NCBI GenBank assembly: GCA_041640595.1
Contig: JBEPZY010000002.1
Coordinates: 210,984-274,983, forward strand
Length of the DNA stretch: 64,000 nt
From: Gemmatales bacterium
Lineage (GTDB): Bacteria > Planctomycetota > Planctomycetia > Gemmatales > HRBIN36
Direction of reading: 5' to 3'
Both the position numbers and the translations under genes were made by a program. Numbering within the stretch: position 1 is the stretch's first letter; each line of letters starts with the position of its first letter. Of the stretch, positions 1-8,013 are shown piece by piece. Below the pieces are notes generated by a model. The model ran no database searches and was not told the DNA's origin. It was given only the letters and a program-made list of their open reading frames with translations.

Positions 1-221
1 GCAACCGCAAACGCATCATGGCGCGGAGGAGAGCAGGAATCCCGTTGAGAGAGGGCACTTGACCGACGTGGGGGCAAACACGAAGTCATCAGAGCGTGAC
101 GGAAAAGCCCGACCAATTAGGAGCCGCAAACCGCAAAAACAGAGCCAGTGTAAAGCTGGAAATCACGACGCGGAGAAAATCCCCATGTCCTGCGGAGTTG
201 CTTACACCGGCATTCACGCAC

Positions 222-2387
222 TTAGAAGCGGTCCAGGGAGTCGAGCCAGCGGACGATTTCCTCGAGCAGACGCGGATCGGGAATGTAACCGGTGCCGTGT
301 TCCGGCAGTTCGCGGAAGATGCAGGGGTAATGTCGGCGTTGCAATTCCCGCGGCAGATTGCGGACAGTTTCGATGTTGGGGTCGCGTCCACCGGCAACGC
401 AGAACACCGCCAGCGGTTGGCCAGGATCGTAGTCCGGAATGCGAGTGCCCAGCGAGCCGCCTACCAGCACCGCTCCCCGCACCAGTTCGCGGGCGTCGAG
501 GGCCAGATAAAGCGCGAAGCTGGCACCGTTACCCAGACCGTGTGCCACCACGCGGTGCGGGTCGAGACGGTATTGCTGGGCCAGTTGTCGAACGTCCTGC
601 ACGATCGCATCGCTGTCACTGGCCAGCCAGCCGCCTGGGTTGACCGCCTTCGGTGCATACAGTATCCAGTGATGCGATTTGCAGATCGGCTCCCAGACTT
701 TGCGGATGGTTTCCTCCATGGTGTCGCCGGTGGGGTGCAGCCAGATGAGCAGCCCGTGGGCGACGTTCGGCGTATAAGAGTCCGGAACGTAGAGCCAGGA
801 TTCCCGACCACTGGCCGCATCGCGTTGTCGGAACAGACCGGGTTTGCCCGGCGGCTCGGGTAATGGTTTGGCACCTTTCGGCAACTCGAAGAACGGAGGT
901 TTCCCGGCCAGGATATTCTTGGTGTAGAGCAGACGCGGTGCCAACCCCTGTTTGCTGCTGGCTGGAGGAAGTTGCTCGGGAACATCGCTGCTGAATTCGC
1001 CAAGTTTGAGCGTAACCGGCAGCAATTGTGGCTCGGCTTTCTGCGTTTCGCGGATGATTACGAGCTGCACTTCCGAGCCGGGGCGAAAACCGGCCAGCAG
1101 ATTCCGCAACTGACCGTAATCGCGCAAATACGTCCCATCCAGCCGCACGAGGTGATCACCGGGACGCAGACCGGCAGCCTCGGCGGGACTTTTCGGGAAC
1201 ACGTAACGAATCACCACGCCGGGACGCGGATCGTCGCGGAGCGGCAAAAGCCCGGCAAATGCGGGTCGCGGTGATTCTTGCGGTGTGGTGAGCGGAATTT
1301 TGGGAAATTCCAGCACCTTGTCGCCGCGACGAACCTTCAAGCTCACGGTGTCGAAATCGTACTTCGGGCCGAGCACATGCCGCAGTTGTAGTTGCCAGCG
1401 AACCGGCTGGCCATCCGCCTCGATGATCACATCGCCGGGCTGCAAACCGGCTCGCGCTGCCGCACTGCCAGGGAGTATGCGACCGATGCGGCATTCGCCG
1501 AACATACCGCCCTGAACGCCTGGTTTCGTCGGATCCAGACCGATCACGGGCGGCGGCTGTTCAAAGACGACGCCCAGCTGACCGGGACGCAGATTCTCTC
1601 CCTTTTGCAGACGCGGCAGGACACGATAAATGTCTTCCAGGGGAACGGCGAAGCCGATGCCGGAATCGTACCACTCCACGCCGGCCAGTTCGCTATCGCC
1701 GCGGGGCGACATCGGCACTAAAACGCCCATGACCCGCCCGCGAATATCAATCAGCGGGCCGCCATAGTTGACCGGCGAAACCTTGGCATCGGTCTGAATT
1801 GCCTTGCCCCAGATGCGGTTGAGGGCACTGACAATGCCGACGCTGACCGACGGCGGTGCGTTCGGGTCTTCCGAGAAGGTTCGCCCCAGTGCCAGCGCCC
1901 ACTGCCCCACACGGATTTCTTTGACCGGAACGAACGTCGGCACGGGCAGACCAGTTGCTTCCACTTTCAACAGTGTCAGCATCCGCGTTTCATCGCGGGC
2001 CACGATCCGGCCAGGGAGCGGTTCACCCCGACCAGGAATGCGCACCAGAATGGTCGGCTGGATTTCCGCCGGAATGTGTGCGAAATTGAACGAACTGGTG
2101 ATGATGTACCCGTCCGAAGTCAGGATCAGGCCGGTGGTTGGTCCCTGACCGCGAAGCAGAAAGCTACCGGTTATCGGCTTGGCCCCAGGTTTGCCGCCTG
2201 GTTTACCCGCTACGGGAATCGTCTCCAGACCGAGGTTGGTAACGATTTGCACTACGCTGGGAGCGACGCGGTGGACCGCTTCGCGGGTGGCTTGTTCCCA
2301 GGCTTCATCGAGTTGCGTCGGCTGAGCCAGTACCAGGCCGAACACGCTCAAGGCTGTCGTCAAAAGCGCAGCTAGTATCACACGCAT
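222..2387 (-). CDS. Exported HtrA/S1C-like protein with two PDZ domains and a C-terminal alpha/beta-hydrolase-like domain; catalytic residues appear lost
   Basis: Signal peptide at MRVILAALL (ATG 2387; ORF open to 2435); trypsin-like motifs GLILTSDGYIIT and IQTDAKVSPVNYGGPL; PDZ motifs PGSAAARAGLQPGDVI and PKSPAEAAGLRPGD; esterase-like LYVPDSY..LLIWLHPTG. Confidence 0.85.
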   Translation of the reverse strand: MRVILAALLTTALSVFGLVLAQPTQLDEAWEQATREAVHRVAPSVVQIVTNLGLETIPVAGKPGGKPGAKPITGSFLLRGQGPTTGLILTSDGYIITSSFNFAHIPAEIQPTILVRIPGRGEPLPGRIVARDETRMLTLLKVEATGLPVPTFVPVKEIRVGQWALALGRTFSEDPNAPPSVSVGIVSALNRIWGKAIQTDAKVSPVNYGGPLIDIRGRVMGVLVPMSPRGDSELAGVEWYDSGIGFAVPLEDIYRVLPRLQKGENLRPGQLGVVFEQPPPVIGLDPTKPGVQGGMFGECRIGRILPGSAAARAGLQPGDVIIEADGQPVRWQLQLRHVLGPKYDFDTVSLKVRRGDKVLEFPKIPLTTPQESPRPAFAGLLPLRDDPRPGVVIRYVFPKSPAEAAGLRPGDHLVRLDGTYLRDYGQLRNLLAGFRPGSEVQLVIIRETQKAEPQLLPVTLKLGEFSSDVPEQLPPASSKQGLAPRLLYTKNILAGKPPFFELPKGAKPLPEPPGKPGLFRQRDAASGRESWLYVPDSYTPNVAHGLLIWLHPTGDTMEETIRKVWEPICKSHHWILYAPKAVNPGGWLASDSDAIVQDVRQLAQQYRLDPHRVVAHGLGNGASFALYLALDARELVRGAVLVGGSLGTRIPDYDPGQPLAVFCVAGGRDPNIETVRNLPRELQRRHYPCIFRELPEHGTGYIPDPRLLEEIVRWLDSLDRF

Positions 2388-2437
2388 GGGGATTGCACCA
2401 GAAAAAGCCCGGACCGAACGCCTGCGGAAAGCCAATG

Positions 2438-3610
2438 TCAGTCGCTTTTGGCAGCTTTTTCACCCGCCGGCTTTTTCGGCCGGAAATCGCTTCGTCGCTC
2501 TACTTCCAGTTCCATCCGCAGTAATTGCTGTTGTCGGCGGACGACCACCTGCACTTTCGCTCCGGGTTCGACCGGCAGGATCAGGTCGTGCCACTGCTTG
2601 ACGCTCTGGACGACGTGTTCCTCATAGGTACCACTACCGTCGCGTGCGGGAATGCGTACCAGGACAATGAGATCGTCCGGTCGCAGTCCCGCTTTCTCTG
2701 CCGGCGAGCCAGGGAGCACTTCGTCAATGTACGGCGGAGTACGTTCCAGCAGGTTGGGTACCAGCACGATGCCCGTGTAACCACCGCGATCTTCCACGAT
2801 AGGCTTCTTGCGTTCCAGCGGTTTGTAATTGCCGCTTCGCGCTTGCTTGACGAAATCGCGGAGACCTTCGATGGGAATGGCGTAGTTGACCCAGGTCTCG
2901 GTGAGAGTGTTGCGGACTTCTTTGCCGATCAGCCCGATCAGTTCGCCGCGACGTGTCACCACTGCCCCGCCGTGGGAACCGGGATTATTGGTAATGCCAT
3001 CCAGGATGTACACCGTGCCCTGGTACGGCAATTCGTGAATGCCACGCCGGGCGGACAGATTCGTGATGGCGGCAACGACGCTGCGTTGCACCGAAAGCGG
3101 TTCCTCACGCGTGGCGATCTGGAAACAGTTGCTGAAGGCCAGCACCCAATCGCCAACCTGCACTTTCGGCGTGGGCCTATCCAGGTCGAAATACGCCAGC
3201 GGCAGGTCGCGGAATTTTTTCTCGCCGTCGCGGATTTTCAATAGCGCAGCATCCAGGACCGGTTCGGCTGCCAGCAAATCGCATTCATGCCGCGTGCCAT
3301 CGTACAGATGCACGCGCAGGTTTTCCGTATCCAGCGTCGGGGAATAAACCGTCAGGATCAGGCCGTCCGGCGACACCAGCACACCGCTGCAATAATCAGT
3401 CACGCCGATATAACCGCCGGCTCCGTAAATTTTGACCAGTTTCGGCTGCACTTCCTGCACCAGTCGGGCGAACGAACCCCGGTCGGGCGTGATTTGGCCG
3501 TCGCACACCAGCGCCAAAACCACCCAGACCGCAAGGGCCAGCGTCAGTGCCGGCCAATTTCCACGCAGGTCGCGGTTACTTTTTCCCAGGTAAAGACAGG
3601 TTCGGCTCAC
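2438..3610 (-). CDS. HtrA/S1C-like protein with PDZ domain (probable pseudo-protease)
   Basis: SGVLVSPDGLILT, LDAALLKI, ITNNPGSHGGAV, PDZ PGSPAEKAGLRPDDLI; N-terminal hydrophobic segment. Confidence 0.85.
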   Translation of the reverse strand: MSRTCLYLGKSNRDLRGNWPALTLALAVWVVLALVCDGQITPDRGSFARLVQEVQPKLVKIYGAGGYIGVTDYCSGVLVSPDGLILTVYSPTLDTENLRVHLYDGTRHECDLLAAEPVLDAALLKIRDGEKKFRDLPLAYFDLDRPTPKVQVGDWVLAFSNCFQIATREEPLSVQRSVVAAITNLSARRGIHELPYQGTVYILDGITNNPGSHGGAVVTRRGELIGLIGKEVRNTLTETWVNYAIPIEGLRDFVKQARSGNYKPLERKKPIVEDRGGYTGIVLVPNLLERTPPYIDEVLPGSPAEKAGLRPDDLIVLVRIPARDGSGTYEEHVVQSVKQWHDLILPVEPGAKVQVVVRRQQQLLRMELEVERRSDFRPKKPAGEKAAKSD

Positions 3611-5520
3611 GGCATCTCCTGCTCACACTGCTGCACGTGCAGAGTAGCCCAGCGGCGATCGCCGAAACGCACCTCGATCCGTGCCGGCACCCCAGGTTTC
3701 GGTCCCATTTCCGGCGAGAAAATCAGTTCGCACGGATCGGCGTCTTCCTCGACATAGCATTCCAGTCCGCAAAGGCGTTTGTGGTGCGGCTGGCAGAAAA
3801 TTTTGATCTCGAACGGGCCGCTCTTGCCGTGCAGCACTTCGGTCATAATGCGGGATTGGCTTGTCCCATCGGGATAAAACGGTTCATAGCCGCCATAGAC
3901 CAGGCCATGCTCGAAACCTTTTTCCTGCTCGGCCAGAAAAGTCCGCAGATAATGCAGGGCCACCAGCAATCCACCGCTCCCGGCAGGTTGACGCAGATTG
4001 GCGACCGCTTCGCCGACCCGCAGCGGTTCCACTTCATATTGCAACGGCCCCAGACTCAAACGCACCGTGCGACCGTCCAGCCGGACCGTGAACGCGTGCC
4101 GCACCGGTTTGCCCGTGGTTTCATCGTAAAGTTCCGCCTCGCCTTTCCACACCCAGACCTGGCCCTTGTCGAGATCGTTCGGGCGTGGCAACGCTGAAAC
4201 TACCCGCTTCCGCTCCTGTTCGTTGAAATAGTAATTGCCGAATCCGGGCCGGGCGACGTAGTATTTCGCACCTTCTCCCTCCGGTTTGACCGGTCGGCCT
4301 GGCAGTTGGGGCTTGGCTGGCTTTTTCTCCGGCGGTTTCGGTTCACGTGGGGCCCGTGGTTTCTCCTCGTCTTCTTCCTTCTCGCTCACCTCGCGGGGAA
4401 TGAGGCCCATCAGGCGAACCAGGATTTCCCGCCGCACAGTGCGATTTTGCTCCTGATCGAATCGCTCATACAGCACCGGAATCCGCCAGCCCTTCGGAAA
4501 GATGCCAAGCACATTCTTGAATTGATTGGCGTTGCCGATGGGTCGGCCGTTCAGTGCCAGAATAACGTCGCCGGCACGCAAACCCCGACGGTAGGCGTCG
4601 GAGCGTTCCAGGATATCGAAAACCACGGCTCGCCCCTGCTCATCGGTACGTGCCGCCGCTCCCAGCGTGGCATGATCCACCACTAACCCACCCCGCAAAT
4701 GGCCGAGGAAGTTTTTGATCTGATTGATGGAGATGGCGTAACCGACACCGCTATTGACCCGACCACGTTTCTCGATGGAGACACGACCATTGATGCCGAT
4801 CACCTCGCCCCGCAAATTGAACAGTGGCCCACCGCTGTTGCCAGGATTGATCGAGGTATCTATCTGGATGCAATCTGTGTATTCGAGGATGGTTCCTTCC
4901 GGGTACTGGTAGCGGTGTATGCCGGAAACCAGCCCGAAGGTGATCGTCGGGCGGAAATCGGTCGCCAGCAAAAACGGATTGCCGGCGGCAATGGACCAAT
5001 CCCCGGCCCGAACCGTGTCGCTATCTCCCAGCGGTGCGTAAGGGAATTTGTGGTCGGGTTTGGGCGGGATCAGTTTGATAAGTGCCACGTCACCCACCGG
5101 ATCGAGACCGACCACGACCGCATCGTAGAGTTGACCATCGGACAAACCACAACGCGGTGTCGGGCCGGTTGGTTGTACCACGTGAAAATTGGTCAGTGCG
5201 TATCCCTGCTCGTCAATGAGCACACCGGAACCGCCGCCGCGACCGTTACGGTCAAAAACCGCGACCACGCTGGGCGTCAGCTTTTCGATCACGGCCAGAC
5301 GTTCGTTTTCTTCTTGCAGCACCAGCGGGTCAACCGCCCAGCCGAGAATCGCAGACCAGCCGAGAAAAACAAAGATGCTGCACGACACGTATCCCAGCAC
5401 ACGCCGGGCGGACGGCCGAAACGATTTCACCCGATCGATTGCACGGATGCTGGCCCGACCGGATAACCCAGCCGACTCGATTACCACGCCCAAGCCAGGC
5501 AGTGTCGCATGTTGTCGCAT
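3607..5520 (-). CDS. S1C (HtrA-like) serine protease with PDZ domain and C-terminal extension
   Basis: Intact triad motifs ALTNFHVV, GDVALIK, INPGNSGGPL; PDZ GLRAGDVILALNG; start uncertain (ORF open to 5733, ATG at 5520 chosen). Confidence 0.88.
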   Translation of the reverse strand: MRQHATLPGLGVVIESAGLSGRASIRAIDRVKSFRPSARRVLGYVSCSIFVFLGWSAILGWAVDPLVLQEENERLAVIEKLTPSVVAVFDRNGRGGGSGVLIDEQGYALTNFHVVQPTGPTPRCGLSDGQLYDAVVVGLDPVGDVALIKLIPPKPDHKFPYAPLGDSDTVRAGDWSIAAGNPFLLATDFRPTITFGLVSGIHRYQYPEGTILEYTDCIQIDTSINPGNSGGPLFNLRGEVIGINGRVSIEKRGRVNSGVGYAISINQIKNFLGHLRGGLVVDHATLGAAARTDEQGRAVVFDILERSDAYRRGLRAGDVILALNGRPIGNANQFKNVLGIFPKGWRIPVLYERFDQEQNRTVRREILVRLMGLIPREVSEKEEDEEKPRAPREPKPPEKKPAKPQLPGRPVKPEGEGAKYYVARPGFGNYYFNEQERKRVVSALPRPNDLDKGQVWVWKGEAELYDETTGKPVRHAFTVRLDGRTVRLSLGPLQYEVEPLRVGEAVANLRQPAGSGGLLVALHYLRTFLAEQEKGFEHGLVYGGYEPFYPDGTSQSRIMTEVLHGKSGPFEIKIFCQPHHKRLCGLECYVEEDADPCELIFSPEMGPKPGVPARIEVRFGDRRWATLHVQQCEQEMP

Positions 5521-5698
5521 GGCTGCTTCGCCTTCTTGGTTACCGGTCAAAATGTTTGCCCTTGCTGGAAAAGTGCAGGCCTTTTTGTGTACCTGACCGT
5601 GCAGCGTCACAGAAAAAGCTGCAACGCCTGGATGCACTGGATTTCGCAGGTCGGACACAAGCTCACCGACCGATGGGAAGCATTGGTAGCGGGTGCCG

Positions 5699-6952
5699 TT
5701 ATTTGAGCAGGCGGGCCTCGGCAAAAGCGACATGGTCGCCCAGATCGAGGTCGTCGCCGTAATCCACCACCAGACGGAGCCGCTCGACGTTTTCCAGATT
5801 CAATCGCACTTCCCGCGGTTTGTCGCCGGTGCGAATGGTGGCGTGGAATAATTCGCGTCCATCTCCTTCGATGCGTACCACCGCCTGTGCCGACACGTTG
5901 ACACTGTCTTCCATGCCGAGCACACAGCGAAACTCACGATAGCCGGTCACTTCGTATTCCAGCACAGTGCGGGAATGCACGGTGATTCCTTTGCTGTACA
6001 TTTTCTGGCCAAGCGAGATCGGCCCACCGGACAGGTTGCGGTCGCGGCGAAACCGCCAGACATCGGCCAGTAAGGGTTTTTCCTCGACCCGCAGCGGTTC
6101 GAGATCGGAAAGATAGACAAGCCGGCCCTGGCTGAAATCTACGCTGGCCAGCTGGTCGAAGGGGAGTTCTGCGGTCAGCCCGTCGCCGGTTCGAAACCGC
6201 AAACGATTCGCCTCCCAGGTGATTTCCGCAGCCAGCCAGGTATTGCCGAATCGGTCCTGCACACGCACACCATCACTGGAGCCTGTACGTTCACGCTGAG
6301 CCAGCACCAGACCCCTCAACCGGGCCATGTCAATGGGCACAACATCGTCTTCGAGGCGAAAATTGAGGCGGGCACCCTGCTCATCGCCCCCCAGCACCAC
6401 GCCCAGGAACGTGTTGATGGCTTGCCCATCGCGGCTGAGCAGAAGAACAACGTCCTGGGCGTGTTTTTTGGCCAGGGCCTGCTGCAATTCCTCGCGGGCT
6501 TTCCCGTCCTGAGCTGTTACCAGCAGCCAGTGCAGACGGTTGAGCGGAACGGAAACCGCCTGGCCGTTGAATAGCTGGCATTCCACCTGCTTCTGCTTCA
6601 GCGAAAATTTCTGTGCCAGCAACGTGGTGCCGTCAAGCAGGCGCAATTCGGTTCGCGGAGCATCGGCAGCGACTGGTGTTTTGCTGCCGCTGGCCGGAAA
6701 GGTTATGCCCAGCAATTCGTTGAGCGCTTTGGTGATGCGGTCTTTGCCCGTCTGGAAGACGGCCTCTTTTTCGTTGACGGAGACGAGCTGGCCTCGCAGC
6801 GTTTCGCCGCTGAGCAAACGTGCTTCGACCTGGACAGCGCTGGCTGTCTGCGCTGAGCTATTGCATGCGTGCACCAGCAAGCTGACAGCTACGGCCAGCC
6901 ATCCCGCCAATGCGAAAGGCACCAGGGGCAAGTGCGGACTCGGTTTCATCAT
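5699..6952 (-). CDS. Secreted NPCBM/NEW2 domain protein
   Basis: Signal peptide; C-terminal VYLSDLEP..YSKGITVHS..IEGDGRELF..LRLVVDYG..GDHVAFAEARL typical of NPCBM. Confidence 0.8.
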   Translation of the reverse strand: MMKPSPHLPLVPFALAGWLAVAVSLLVHACNSSAQTASAVQVEARLLSGETLRGQLVSVNEKEAVFQTGKDRITKALNELLGITFPASGSKTPVAADAPRTELRLLDGTTLLAQKFSLKQKQVECQLFNGQAVSVPLNRLHWLLVTAQDGKAREELQQALAKKHAQDVVLLLSRDGQAINTFLGVVLGGDEQGARLNFRLEDDVVPIDMARLRGLVLAQRERTGSSDGVRVQDRFGNTWLAAEITWEANRLRFRTGDGLTAELPFDQLASVDFSQGRLVYLSDLEPLRVEEKPLLADVWRFRRDRNLSGGPISLGQKMYSKGITVHSRTVLEYEVTGYREFRCVLGMEDSVNVSAQAVVRIEGDGRELFHATIRTGDKPREVRLNLENVERLRLVVDYGDDLDLGDHVAFAEARLLK

Positions 6953-8013
6953 CGGGATTCGCTGCTTCTGGCGATTTGTTGCAGGTAGGCTTCGATGGCT
7001 TCGGCGACGTGCGGGGGATATTCGCGGCGGATGGCTTCGAGAACCTTCACCCGCTCCTTTTCCGGCAACTTGCCCCAGAGATCGGGTCGCTTCACGAGTT
7101 CCTTCATGTCCACCTTACCTTCGCCCCGCCCGCCTAAGATCGCGCTATCCCCAGCCGGGCTGGATGGCTTCAACGCTCCCGGACCAGTTCCTCGGCTACC
7201 CCCGGCCTGCCCGCCACCACCACCGCCACCGCTTCCTTGCTGGAGCTGGTCTTCGAGGTCTTTCACCATTTTGGCGAGCAAATCGAGGATTTCCTTTTGT
7301 TTCTCCTGCGTTTTCGGGCCACCCCGAGCGTTATCAAGGCGACCAGCGATTTCCTCCATGCGGCGAGCGACGTAGTCGAGGTTCTTCTGACCGTTCCAGC
7401 CTTCGAGATCGTATTTCAGAAGCGCAGCCAGAACGAAGTACCGTTCCGGCACCTGGTCGCGTTCCTGCAACAATCGGTCGGCACTGCGTAACGTCTCCGT
7501 GCGATGCAGGGTCTTGTGTTCGGCTATGCAGCGGAAAAAGTAATAAGCAGCCGGGTCAGCGGTGTGTTCGGGCTGAATAGCTCGCAGCACCTCGAGAGCC
7601 TCTTCGTAAGCCTTGCGCAGACACAGCAAGCGTGCATAAGCCAGAGCCAGATTGGCCCGGAAAAACGCAGGCTGAGCCTGGCGCAACACGGCAGGCACTT
7701 CGGTCGGCACTACCGCTTGCGGATCGTTCGCCTGGGCCAGCAGCTTCCGGGCATCGGCACTGGCCAGGGCGAAGATGTCGGCCAGCCGGACCAGCACCGG
7801 ACGGTTTTCCTGGGCCCAGATCTTCTCCGCTTGCTGCAACGTCTGCTCATCGGCGCGGACATGCTCTTTGAGCCATGCGAACAGCTCCGCCCGCACCTGG
7901 TCGGCTGGTGGAGCCTTGATTCGCTCGAACGAGGCCTGCTGAGCGCAGATCAGGCCGCACATCACCCCCAGGCAAACCGCCACGACGCCGTTTCTCATCA
8001 AGACTCGCATCAT
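6949..8013 (-). CDS. Secreted alpha-helical (TPR-like) hypothetical protein
   Basis: 354-aa ORF, signal peptide, 4-bp overlaps with both neighbours, Gly-rich linker and WGKLPEKER..YPPHV..IEAY tail. Confidence 0.75.
   Translation of the reverse strand: MMRVLMRNGVVAVCLGVMCGLICAQQASFERIKAPPADQVRAELFAWLKEHVRADEQTLQQAEKIWAQENRPVLVRLADIFALASADARKLLAQANDPQAVVPTEVPAVLRQAQPAFFRANLALAYARLLCLRKAYEEALEVLRAIQPEHTADPAAYYFFRCIAEHKTLHRTETLRSADRLLQERDQVPERYFVLAALLKYDLEGWNGQKNLDYVARRMEEIAGRLDNARGGPKTQEKQKEILDLLAKMVKDLEDQLQQGSGGGGGGGQAGGSRGTGPGALKPSSPAGDSAILGGRGEGKVDMKELVKRPDLWGKLPEKERVKVLEAIRREYPPHVAEAIEAYLQQIARSSESR

Noticed and set aside
1..19. Start of a further minus-strand gene (MMRLRL) at the left edge
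   Set aside because: Only six codons are visible; cannot be supported
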